A stretch of DNA of 64,000 nucleotides from Gracilinanus agilis (GCF_016433145.1 NC_058130.1:729318586-729382585), one strand, 5' to 3'. Counted from the stretch's first letter, positions 50,278 to 61,635 are shown. Notes: generated by a model from the sequence alone, not told the origin. A program made the numbers and translations.

Positions 50278-51813
50278 AATATAGTCTTCCTTTTACCCTT
50301 CTCTTTCCCCTCTTCAAACACTCACAACAGAATCAGTCCACTCCAGGACCTTTTCTTATTGAACTCCCTCAATTCTTTTGAAGACAGTAAGGTTCTCAAG
50401 GGATGTTTGTTTCTTCTTCCCTCTAGATTGTCAGCATTACATCAATAGACAGCTCCTTCCATTGTTCAAATAAGTTTACCTTTTTGGGTTCCTCTTGACT
50501 CATGCTCTTGTATTTCAAAGTTCCTCCTTGAAATTTCTCCATTCCATTAAAGGTCTATTTTCCTCTGTAGAATTATATTCAGTTTTGCAAGATAAGTTAT
50601 TTCACTTATAATCCTATATTTTTTGACTTTTGGAATGACAGAATTGCAAGATTTCCTCTTATTTAAAGTAGAGGCTATCAGGTCTTAGGTGATGCTGACT
50701 GTCATTCCTTAGTACTTGAACTGTTTCTTTCTGGATGCTTTTACAGTAATTGCCCTGGATTTTGGTTATGACATTCCTGGTATTTTTCTGGAATGCCCAA
50801 CAGCACAGAGAATCTTGATGTGAATACTCAGGGCCAACCCTGAGGCTTTCTTCTCTCCTGCTACCTAGACATGGAGCCCTTTAGGCTACAGCTCAGTCTG
50901 GTGAGCCACTTGTCATACTGGGATACTGTGTTTGTTTGCTTCTAGCCCTAGCTTTACTGACTTCTTCCTTGGCCCCACTTCCCTAAGCCCTCAGGCTGAT
51001 ATCTTGTGGTGTTCCTTGGTAGAAGTCATCATTCAATGCAATTTCTCATTGGATTTCTTAATCATTATTTGGGTCTATTTTTCTGGTTTAGGTTTGTGAG
51101 GGCTGGATGGTCTGCCTCCCATTCAGACAGCCATTTTGGCCTGAAGCCTTATCCTATTATATTTATCCATGACCCCAAGTGAGGACAGTGGTGCAGAGAT
51201 ATGGGATCACAGTCAGATGGAAACTAGAAAAATTTTTTAAATAACAATAGCTAACTTTTTTTGGTACTTTATTAAGTTTTACAAAGTGCCTTCCTCACAA
51301 CTCTGTGAGTATAATAGGGCCATGATTATCCCCATTTTGTAGATGAGGAAACGTTGTCCCTCAGCCAGTAAATTACAGATGCAGGCAGGATTTGAATCTC
51401 TTCTCATTTCCTAAGTCCCTCATACCTTCCATTTCACCACATTGCCACAGGAACTATAGTAGTTAGCCTGGTCCCAATGATTAACTCCTCAAGTTTTTCC
51501 TAAAGGAAAAACTACCAAAATGAAAAACAACACTAAACCTACTGGACTATTTTGATTAAAATGAAAACCTTTATATAATTTTAACATTTTAAAAATTAGA
51601 ATATTGAAATGTATTATCTTGCCAGTTGTCTAGTGGATTTGGGTCATCGGTTTAGCAGAGACTAGTAAGTAGGCTTTCACTCTTGCTGTTGTTATCCAGG
51701 ACACAAGTCCAGACTATATCATTGTGCAGAATAAAACCATGTTTACATCTTCTTTGATAGCACAGGTTGCTACAAAGCTTTAGATAAAGATTTTAAAAAA
51801 AAATATAATCCTT

Positions 51814-52010
51814 GTGGGCAGGTGGATTGAGAGCCAGGCCTAGAGACAGGAGGTCCTGGGTTCAAATGTGATCTCAGACTATCTGTGTTTGACCCTGAAC
51901 AAATCACTTAACCCCTATTGCCTAGCCTTTACCACTCTTTTGCCTTAGAGCCAATATATAGTATTAATTCTAATACAGAAGGTAAAGGTTTTTAAAAAAA
52001 CAACAACAAA
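51814..52010 (+). mobile_element. SINE1_Mdo-type SINE immediately upstream of the 52040 acceptor
   Basis: SINE body with a short 5' deletion and A-rich tail. Degenerate TSD ATATAATCCTT / AAATAATTCTT. Confidence 0.88.
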
Positions 52011-52039
52011 TAAATAAATAATTCTTCTCATTCTTTTAG

Positions 52040-52242
52040 GTACTCCATTCCCCAAGACCTTTCTACAAGTGGTAAAGAAGATCCTGTCCAGGCTTTTCAG
52101 AGTTTTTGTTCATGTTTACATCCATCACTTTGACCGAATCACTCAGATGGGCTCTGAGGCTCATGTCAACACCTGCTATAAGCATTTCTACTATTTTGTG
52201 AAAGAGTTTAACCTGATAGACACCAAAGAGTTAGAACCACTG
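52040..52242 (+). CDS. MOB3A: MOB3A second coding exon (203 nt; aa 141-208)
   Basis: Acceptor ttcttctcattcttttag|G and donor CTG|GTGAGT at 52243. Encodes (G)[67 protein letters not shown]. Phase matches the previous exon. Carries Zn-ligand H165/H170, partners of C83/C88. Confidence 0.97.
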
Positions 52243-52920
52243 GTGAGTATGAGCAAAGCCACGGGGAGGAAAAGAGGGCAAGAGGATAATAAAATGTGGC
52301 TCTTTTTGTATCCTTCTAGCTATCCTTACCACTTCAAGTGGATTAATGCTTCATATAGGGTTTGTATTAAATGACTTCCAGGGCCCCTTCCAATTGGATT
52401 CCATAGTTCAAGTAGTAAAAACCAACTGGTACAGTCTCTCCATGGCTTTAATTGAATCTATTAGTGAGCACAGCTTTGTAAAGTTGAGATGACCAACTTT
52501 AGTGTGAAGGGTTATTACCAGAAGATAGACCCTGTTTCTGGCACTTAGCAACTGAAGCAGAAGTCCACAGCCTAGAAGAAAACATCAGAAAATCATATTA
52601 ATAAAACAGCTTGTTCAGCTAACTTCCAAAATTGCCAACTCTTGAATGATATAATAGCTACATTTTCAGGTACTAGTAGCAATATGTCTGTTTTGTCCTA
52701 ACTGGAAAGAAAATGACTAAGACATCAGTAATTCTTGAAGCTTTGGCTTGGGAATAGGGTGAAGTAAAAAAGAGAACTGCCTGCAAAGAAAGTCACACTG
52801 GTATGAATAAGATCTCCTAAACTTTTTGGGAGAGTAGATCCAGGTAGCAGGTCCAGGATTTTCTTAGAAGTTCGAGTTCAGATCTAATATGGAGATTGTC
52901 CTTATCCTCAGAACATTTAT

Positions 52921-53090
52921 TTATTTATTTTTAAGCCCTTAACTTCTGTGTATTGGCTTATAGGTGGAAGTGTGGTAAGGGTGGGCAATGGGGGTCAAGT
53001 GACTTGCCCAGGGTCACACAGCTGGGTTTGAACCTAGGACCTCCCGTCTCTAGGCCTGACTCTCACTCCACTGAGCTACCCAGCTGCCCC
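52921..53090 (-). mobile_element. SINE1_Mdo-type SINE
   Basis: TSD CAGAACATTTAT at 52909-52920 and 53091-53102. Confidence 0.9.
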
Positions 53091-53129
53091 CAGAACATTT
53101 ATTTTTTAAAAAGCAAAAACTTATGCCCA

Positions 53130-53324
53130 GGGGGCAGCTAAGTGACTCAGTGGATTGAGAACCAAACCTAGAGATGGAAGGTCCTGGGTTCAGATATGAC
53201 CTCAGATACTTCCCAACTGTGTGACCCTAGACGAGTCACTTAACCCCAGTTGCCTAGCCCTTACTGTTCTTCTACCCTAGAACCAATACCCAGTATATAT
53301 TCTAAGATGGAAGTAACAGTTTAA
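53130..53324 (+). mobile_element. SINE1_Mdo-type SINE, head-to-head with the previous one
   Basis: TSD AAAAACTTATGCCCA at 53115-53129 and 53325-53339. Confidence 0.9.
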
Positions 53325-54820
53325 AAAAACTTATGCCCATTCAATTGAACATATTCAATTCAGCAAACTTTAAATACTTACTGTTTATTAAGCATTATAT
53401 TAGATTTTGGAATACAGTGATAAAAAGGCAGTTCTTTTCTTCAAGATTCTTCTACTCTTTTGGGTGAAGTAGAAGAGAAATGAGGCAGATATATAAATAA
53501 ATGTAATTCAAGTTAACGATTATAATATATAAAAGATATTATAGGTAAGAGGCAGGAATGCCAGTAAGGTCCTGAATTAGTTGTTGATAGTGTGACAAAT
53601 AGGAAGGGGAGGGGATGAAGTTAATAATGCTGTAATAGATTTCACAGAATTTAATATCCAGGTGTTTGTGAAAGGTTAGAAAAAAGTCAAAGTCAAAGAT
53701 AATACTGGGATTTCAAGTCCAATGCCTAGGAGAATGGTGATATCATCAACAAAAATAAGAAAATTAGGAAAGGGAACTGGTTTTAGAAGGAAAGAAAATG
53801 ATACATTTTAAACTTCTTGATTTTGAGGCATGGCGGTGATGTTTGTTTGGATATGTCTATTATGCAGTTGGAAGTATATACCTGAAGTTTAGGGGAAAAT
53901 TGGGTGGTAGATATTTGCATGTGATTGAGGTTTAACAAGGAATGAGAGCACTAGGAGAGTGTATTAGTGAGAAGTCTGAGGGATGGTCTGAAGGGCACAT
54001 GGAAAGGATTCATAAAGGAAAAGGAATTAACAGTGAAATAGGAATAATCAGAGAAATGAGGTGAAGCAGAAGTAAGTAGTGTCACAAGAAAAAAGGGAGG
54101 AAAAAAATACAGAGAAAGGAGGAGGGGTGGTCAATTAATGAATCAATCATTTAAATTGTGCCAGGAGATAGACCCTGTTTCTGGCACTTAGCAACTGAAG
54201 CAGAAGGCCACAGCCTAGAAGAAAACATCAGAAAATCATATTAATAAAACAGCTTGTTCAGCTAACTTCCAAAATTGCCAACTCTTGAATGATATAGTAA
54301 CTAGCAGCAACATGTCTGTTTTGTCCTAACTGGAAAGAAAATGACTACTATGTGCTAGAAATTGTGCATGGTTCTGGTGATACATATTAGAAGTGTCAAA
54401 CATTACAGATTTCAAAAGGATGAGAACTAAGATGAGGCCAGTGGGCTTGGCAATCAGTGACCCTGGTGGCTTTGCAGAGAGCAGCCTAAAATGTTAAGGA
54501 GGATGGGAGTTCTATTGCAAGAGGATGAGAAGTCAGTAAGCTGTGAGGCAGTGAAAGCAGCAAGGGTGAAGGACTCGTCCTGTGCAGAAAGAGAGGAAAG
54601 ATGCTACTGCTCTACTGGATGAGGTAGAAGGGAGATGAGGCAGATATATAAATCAATATAATTCAGGTTGAGTATGAGAGAGGAGGAAACAGGGTCAGTC
54701 AAGAACAATCCCAAGAGGACCTGTGCACCTTTATTCCAGAGCCCTGCAACGAATAGCTGGAATCAAACAGACTCTGCTAACTTCTTTTGACTTATCTAAT
54801 GTCTCCTCCTAAGTATACTG

Positions 54821-55234
54821 TGTGGCAGGGAATTGGTAAGCACAAACTCTGAGAGACCCTAATTAACATTTAATTTAGCAGGTAAACAACGAAGTGAGAA
54901 AACCAATAGTCATAGAACTAAATAAAAATGCAACTCAGTCAAATTTCAGTCCAAATTCTCTTAATGCAGAAGCCACAGAAAAGAAGGAGAAGTAGGGCAA
55001 CAATCCTACTCAAAAAGAGCCAAAAATACCATCGCAGAGCCCAGCACCAAAGCTCCAACCAGCTCCTCCCACAGTGAAAAAACAAGGCTCTCACCTATTC
55101 TAACCTCCCTTGGCTGGGACTTTGAAGCTCAGCTCTGACCTGGACACATACAGGGAAGTGAGGCAGACTCCTTTCCTTCTTTCTCAGCAGCTCCTCTCAA
55201 GAATAAAAAAGACCAAACTTGGAGGATGCCAGCA
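54821..55234 (-). mobile_element. Possible solo LTR
   Basis: TGTGGCAG...GCCAGCA termini and LTR-like composition. Internal signals are weak. Confidence 0.4.
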
Positions 55235-55689
55235 TGATGTAGTAGAAAGATGTGGAGAATAGAAACAAAGCACCCTGGGGCATGGACCTCCACTCCCTCA
55301 TCTGTGCCAAGTGATTTCTTTGGGCCCTTCCAACTTCAAGTCCTATGATTTGCCCCATAATTTAGGGAGTCCTCTTCTGCAGTTATTCTCAAACTTTATT
55401 CTTTTGTGTCACTCTCAAAGACATCAGTAACTTCCCATGTCCCATGCACAGTGACATATGCACCTTGTGCCACCTTCATCCTAAACTTCTCAGGAAGAGC
55501 CCCTATTTTAGGCTGAAAACATTTGAAGAGGAAAGCCATTTCGTAAAACCATCCCTATACCCTCAGATTTTCCTGAGGATCCTCTTCCTTGTAGAAATTC
55601 TACTCTGCTCTGTTGATCTGCTTCCTGAATGTATGGTGCCCTCTAGTGCCCAGAAAGTTCATATTATCATAAACTCTGAATTGGGAGGG

Positions 55690-56100
55690 AACCTCAGAAT
55701 TTGGTTCTTCTATCCAGTATCTAAACAGGAATTCCTTCTTCAGTGTTTCTGACAAGTGGCCATTCAGCCTTTGCTTAAAGACTTCCAGAAAGTGGGGAAC
55801 CATTACCTTCTGAGCCCAGTAATTATACTTTTGAACAGTACTAATTCTTAGGAAATTCCCTTTACATTCAGCCAAAATCCACCCATGAGGGCGCTTAACA
55901 AACTAAGTCATCTGTGTGCCACATGATAGCTTTTCATATATTTGAGAACAGTTATCCTGTTATCCCTAAGATTTTTCTTCTCCATACTAAATATCACCAA
56001 TTATGTCCATCAGGCCTCTATGGCTTGGGGGTCTGGTCACCTTAAGGACCTGCCTATCACCCTTCTCTGGATGCACTCTAACTTGTCAATATTTAGCTTA
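55690..56100 (-). mobile_element. CR1/L3 3' fragment
   Basis: gtggccattcagcctttgcttaaagacttccag...ttcttaggaaattccctttacattcagcc. Confidence 0.7.
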
Positions 56101-57507
56101 AAATGTAGTGCCTTTGTTTTTTGTTTTTGATGGCGGTGGTATGCAGTTAGTTGCTTCCTATTGCCTTTGAGTAGTGGCAGAGTCCAGCAATACTTCGTTA
56201 TTTACTGTCAGCAATCATTTCTGAAATTCAGCCAGTATTAAGTGCTTGCTATGTGCAAGGCTCCATCTTAGGTACTTGGGATATCTAAATAAAGAATAAG
56301 TGTCCCTGCTTTTCCCTAATAGACAGAAGATGTGTATGATGAGAGAAGGTATCACTTCCATCAGGAATGGACAGAAGGGTCAAGAAAGTCCTAAAGGAAA
56401 GGAAGATAGAGATTCCATTGTAGGCAGAGAAGAGAAATGAAAAAAGTGGGAGAGGGCAGTAAGATGCATTCTGCATTGGTGTGAAGGGTGGATTAGGAAG
56501 GGAAGAAAATAGAAGCAGAGAGAACAGTTATAAGACTTACGTAATCTAATAGGGGACTACCACAAGTGTGGTAGTATTAGTGGAAATGAGAGAAAACTCT
56601 TTAGAAATTAAATAGGACTCCAGAAAACTGAGAATGGGTCCTCATTCATTCATTAGGCATTTTTAATGTGTCTGCTGTGAATAAGGCACACTATACATGG
56701 AACTGTGAGAGACAAAAAGAGAAATATGAGTGGCTACCACCCTGAAGGAACTTACTGCAGTCTAGTAGGGGAAATAAGACATGGGCATCAATTGCTTTAA
56801 TGCAAAATTGCATGTCAAGAGTCCATCGAGCAAGGGATGAAGGTCACTATTTGATCCTTTGAGCAGTTTTATAGGACACAGTACCTATTAAACAGAGTAG
56901 GATCATAGAAAATCATTGAAAGGAATCATTGACTCATCTAGTCCAACTTATTCATTCTACAGTGATGAAACTGAGGTTCCTCCTTAGATCATTCAGGTAG
57001 TAAAAGACAGAGTAAGGACTGAGACTTCAGATGGAGCACTCTTTGCCATGCACTGTGTCACATAAAGTAACATGTCCAAAGTTACTAGCTGTGCCCTGAG
57101 CCAAAAATTAAATAGGCCTAGGCTTTTATAGTCTGTGTGTCTTAGGTAGAAGAGAGCCCTCATCAAGCTTTCCTATTTCCTTCTAGGTCTTTGTGTCCAA
57201 ATGAAAGCAATAGAAGGGAAAATGATCTAGGAAATGATATAGGAAAGGATGAAAAGTGCAAATTGGTTACCAGTTTCCTCTCCTCCACCCTAAGCAACTA
57301 TCTTCTAAGCTAACATAATACCATAATACTCATAAAGTGCTTTTAGTGCCTCTGTGAAATGCTGAAATGGTTTAGTGGCTGGTTGTGCCTTTTGTTTTTA
57401 GGAGACTAAAACTAAATTCACAGTTGTCACCAACAATAGACTTCTTATAATTTTTTGATTCCTATAATTCATTCTGGTGTTTGGGCTGGGGGGCTTGTTT
57501 TTGACAG

Positions 57508-57537
57508 AAGGAAATGACCTCCCGGATGTGCCACTGA
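57508..57537 (+). CDS. MOB3A: MOB3A last coding exon (KEMTSRMCH*)
   Basis: ttgtttttgacag|AAG GAA ATG ACC TCC CGG ATG TGC CAC TGA. Matches the MOB3 C-terminus and completes a 654-nt, 217-aa ORF. Confidence 0.95.
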   Translation, partial: KEMTSRMCH

Positions 57538-57774
57538 AAATGGGGTCACCTCTCAGGACTGATGAAATCCACCTTTCTGCACCCATGGAAATGCCACCTA
57601 GAAACCAGAGACTATGGTTCACACATTAAAAAAAATATATATTTTTTTAAACTAGACCATCCCCAGTGAAAATCCTTTATATCTTTTCTTGAGTACTGTG
57701 ACATTACAGTAATCATTTTTAAGATGCTATAGCTAAAGATTATTTTTGTTGTGTTTTTAAAATTGATTTCTAGA

Positions 57775-57975
57775 GAGGCAGCTTGCAAGAGTGGAAAGAG
57801 CACTAAACTAGTTGTCAGATGTGGTCTCTAGTCATGTCTCTGCCACCAACAAGCTGTGTGACCTTGGGCGAGTCCCTTAACCTCTCTAAGCCTCAGTTTT
57901 TTCAACTGTAAAATGAAGGGGGCTAGATTAGATGACCTTTAAGGTCTCTTTCTTCTCTAAGATTCTATAATTTTG
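57775..57975 (+). mobile_element. MIR in the 3' UTR
   Basis: gctgtgtgaccttgggcgagtcccttaacctctctaagcctcagttt...ctgtaaaatg. Confidence 0.8.
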
Positions 57976-58531
57976 TGATTCTAACTTTCCTTCTAGCCTT
58001 TAAAAATCTCTGATTCTCAGTGAATGGAAAACCCCACTATGTCCTTAAACCACTTATTTTTGCCAGGAGGCAGAAGAACATTGTCAGCAAAACCACCTGA
58101 CACTTCATCATTTCATCTGAGCATCACTGAAGTCTTCTTGAAGCCTCCATGGGCTGGCAGCATCTCAGCCTGTACTTGCCTTGGAACTGTGTTAATTGCC
58201 TTCTCCTGGATGTATTATGTGCTGATCTCCCAAACATGTGAGGGGAAAAATGGTTATTTTCTCTTGAGAACCAGATGGAAGACTTTCTGCAGAAAAGCTG
58301 GGGGTCAGGGAGAGCAGATAGAGAGAGTTTGTTAAGTCATAGTTAACAGGAGCCCCTTAACCTCACAAGTAGCCACCAGTTTTTATTTTTATTTTTTAGT
58401 ATAAGGTACGACTAGCACACAAATTGCACTCTCCCTCAACTTTATTTTAACCCCAATTCTCCCCCAGCTAGCCTCCCTGGCTAGTCAAGATGTGCTTCTG
58501 ATTGAAACCCAACTCCTTACTCCTTTTCCAC

Positions 58532-58842
58532 CAGGGTTTCCCAAATCATTTTGGCCACAGAACACTTTTGGCTAAAAAAAAAAAAAAGTTTTGAATGAAT
58601 ATTTAAATGCCTGGCCAGGGAACCTCTACTATAAAGGAAGCTGGAAATTTTGAAAAGTAAAATAGAAGACATTAAATCTATTTTTATGATAGAAAATTGC
58701 TACTCATAATTATCATTTTAATAATACACCATTTCATATTTAATAGTTTAAAGATGATATCCCTAGCATCATTTCTCTCATGGAATCCTTATTCACTTGT
58801 TGTGGAATGCCTGGGTTCTACAGAACTGTTTGGGAAACACAG
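58532..58842. mobile_element. hAT/Charlie-type MITE in the 3' UTR
   Basis: TIR-like CAGGGTTTCCCAAA ... TTTGGGAAACACAG. No TSD recognisable. Confidence 0.6.
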
Positions 58843-58848
58843 ACCTTG

Positions 58849-58861
58849 AATAAATAATAAA
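58849..58861 (+). terminator. Candidate proximal polyadenylation signal (tandem AATAAA)
   Basis: AATAAA at 58849-58854 and 58856-58861, with U-rich TGTATTTCTTCT about 20 nt downstream. Confidence 0.45.
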
Positions 58862-59934
58862 CCCCAGCATAAAACCATGTATTTCTTCTAAGTTGGAGGT
58901 TGAGTTCTTATAGAATCCCATTTACCTCACTTAGAGGTACAAGGAACAATCCCTTATGATTGCTGAACCCTGAAGGATTTCATTCTTTCATTACCAAAAA
59001 AGCTGAGCTAAATCTTCTCCTATATACATCTTAGTTGAGTATTTTAGTTCTGTTTTTGACATGTTTTGCTTTCCTTTTAGCCGTTTTGAGTTCAGTTTTC
59101 TCATGATATGGAAGACTCATTTGTCAGAAATTGATCTTTTGTTGATAAGAATTATTCTTTGAAATATAAGTCACCAAGACCAGTGGACCAAAATCCATAT
59201 TGTCCTATTGCCTTCATAGGACAGTGTGAACTGCATGTAAGAGTCATGTAGACTCAGCCCAAGTTACTGAAAGAAGCCACAAATCCTTTTTTCCGGTACT
59301 CTGGAGCGAATCCTTCAACTGAAGATTTCTCCCACCCTTGGATCATTCCTGAATCATTACTATTGGATTTTTAAAGACTTTTTGATGAGCCTGACTTGAT
59401 TCTGAATTCCCGTAACCATGTTTGAATTTGATTTTGCCAACAAATCATTCACTGTTAGTGGTTGACTGCATTAACCGTAAACCTTCTCTGCTGAGATAAC
59501 AAGCTTGTTGAAATTGGCTTGAGATCCATCCACTGCACTGTGTTAGACCACCCATCTTCAACATTCCCAGTGCAGAGAACCAAAACTTGAGCCCTTTTTA
59601 CCCATATCAAGCATTTTCTAAAATTAAAAAAGGTCATATCAAGTGAATGTTTTTAGAAGTGTTTTTGGTGTTTCTAGTGACCAAGCTACCATAGCCATCT
59701 CTTTTAGGTGTTTAACAGAAGTCAGGAGCAGAGCAACATCTTGTGGTGGCTTAGAGTGAGCTTGATACATTCCCTTCCACTGCTTGCTAAGTAAGAGAGA
59801 GAAACTGGAGGAGTCCAAGTCCCTGTGTAATTCTGCCTTTGCTGGAATCTGTCATTTAGAGAATAATACAGTTGTTTGAAACATTCCTCTCCAGTCCACC
59901 ACATACCACTATTATTCTTGGAAATGAACATAAA

Positions 59935-60177
59935 AATAAATTATGCTGTATTTGTCTAAGTAGTATTGGCTGTCACTTAATATACTTTCTCACATAGAAA
60001 AAGGATATTTGGGGTTTGCATGAAGTATGTATTGAACATTTTAGGAGGGACTAGAGTTGCAGGCAGTATTGGAAGCTCTGCATCTCCTTTTGTGGCTAAT
60101 TTTTTCCTGGAGTTGGTCTCAGTAATTCCCAAATAAGAGTATTAATATCACTTGCTTTTTTTAGACCGTTGAATAAA
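59935..60177 (+). terminator. Candidate distal polyadenylation signals
   Basis: AATAAA at 59935-59940 (GU/U-rich downstream) and at 60172-60177, after which repeats resume. Confidence 0.45.
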
Positions 60178-60849
60178 TCTAAGCAGGTTGAGGTAGTGGA
60201 AATAACAATAGCTGACATTTAGAAAGTACTTCAACAAAGTGTGCAAAGTATTTTGTGTCCCTTATCTCATTTAAGGCTCCCAGCAACTCACAAGTTTTCA
60301 TTTTACAGGTGAAGAAACAAACTCGGGGAGAGTTAGTGATTTTCATATGGGCTTCTAGCCCACGAGTGTTACTGGTGAGATTTAAACTCAGGTCTTCTTG
60401 ACTCCAGGCCTAGTACTTTCTCCACTGAGCCACCTGACCGTCCAGTGTTTGACACAGTTCCACGTTATTCTTGTGGGTGTATTAATGGTTCCATATCAAC
60501 TTAGAATGCCATCTCTAATAGAGTGTTCCAGGTACTTGTCAGTGGATGAAGACAAGTGGTGAGCTTGGCAAAAATGGGCAGATGACAATGGCTGGAAGAC
60601 AGAGCCAACTTAAAGTACTGAGTGATGTAGATTTAAAATTAACAGGCTAAAACAGTGGGGTCAGACCCAAACAGAAACAGATCCTTTTGGGCAATATATT
60701 CCTTTAGGAAACCTCAAATTAACCTTTATGTCATATTCTTACTTAGTTTGTTAAACATTTCCCAATTACATTTTAATTTGGTTTGGGCTATACATGGGAG
60801 TCTCATGGATCCTGTCACAGATTTGACTGGCTAGAATGTTGGACTGAAT

Positions 60850-61630
60850 GTAATAAGATAAACTTGAGTAAGTACAAATGCAGCCTTGGATTTAAAAAAG
60901 CAAAACAAAACAAAAAACTCCTAGGCATAAGGAAAGGGAAGCATTTGCCTATGTAACTGGATAACTCCCTGAAAAAAGACTGGAAACTTTGGTGGACTAT
61001 AAGCTCAATATATGTCAGTAGAGTAACCTGGCAGCCCCAAAAGCCAATGCAACCTAGGCTTCATTACAAGAGGTTTCTAGAACTAAATGGTGATAGTGCA
61101 GATGCTTATCAGGAGTCCTAGGGAAGACATGTCCAAAGGATGACTATCAGAGCAGAGAAAAGACCCGAGTTTATTCTACCTGGCATCAGTTGGAAAAAAT
61201 TCAACATGGTCAGCCTGAAGAGAAGGCACATTGAAAGGAGACATGGTAGTTATCCTCAAGTAATTTAAAGGTCTGGCTGAAGAAGAGACATCAGACTTGT
61301 TCTGCATGGTTCTAGAACTAGCAGTAATGAGTAGAAGTTGCAAGAACCCAATTTAGGATTGAGGTAAGGAAAAACTTCTTAAATATGAACTATCTCATGT
61401 AAAACCCAGTGAAATTGCTTGTTGGCTGTGGGAGGAGGGGAGGGAAGGAACATGAATCATGTAACCATGGAAAAATATTCTAAATTAAATAAACTTTAAT
61501 AAAGGAAAAATATGCGCTATCTCAGGGTGGAGTGGATTGCTTCACTGGAAGGATACATGAAAAGACTAGATGGCATCTTGTTCGGCATGATATAGGGGGG
61601 ATTTTTGTTCAGGTATGGATTGGATGAAAT
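60850..61630 (+). mobile_element. CR1/L3 fragments with an inserted L1 3' tip (about 61390-61510)
   Basis: ggactataagctcaatatatgtcag...agttgcaagaacccaatttaggattgaggtaaggaaaaacttctt. Confidence 0.65.
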
Positions 61631-61635
61631 GGTCT

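Larger units (their letters stand above)
57538..60190 (+). other. MOB3A: MOB3A 3' UTR (end uncertain)
   Basis: Follows the stop codon. Mostly non-repetitive, with an embedded MIR and a hAT MITE. Three candidate AATAAA sites. Confidence 0.6.

Noticed and set aside
52243-52374. C-terminal extension of ORF 52069-52374 and its GTG start
   Set aside because: Internal exon read into the intron. The true frame is set by splicing.
53469-54670. About 45-bp similarity (gaggcagatatataaat...attca) at about 53470 and 54625
   Set aside because: Short, and both copies lie in degenerate L2-like sequence. Cannot be distinguished from paralogous repeat fragments.
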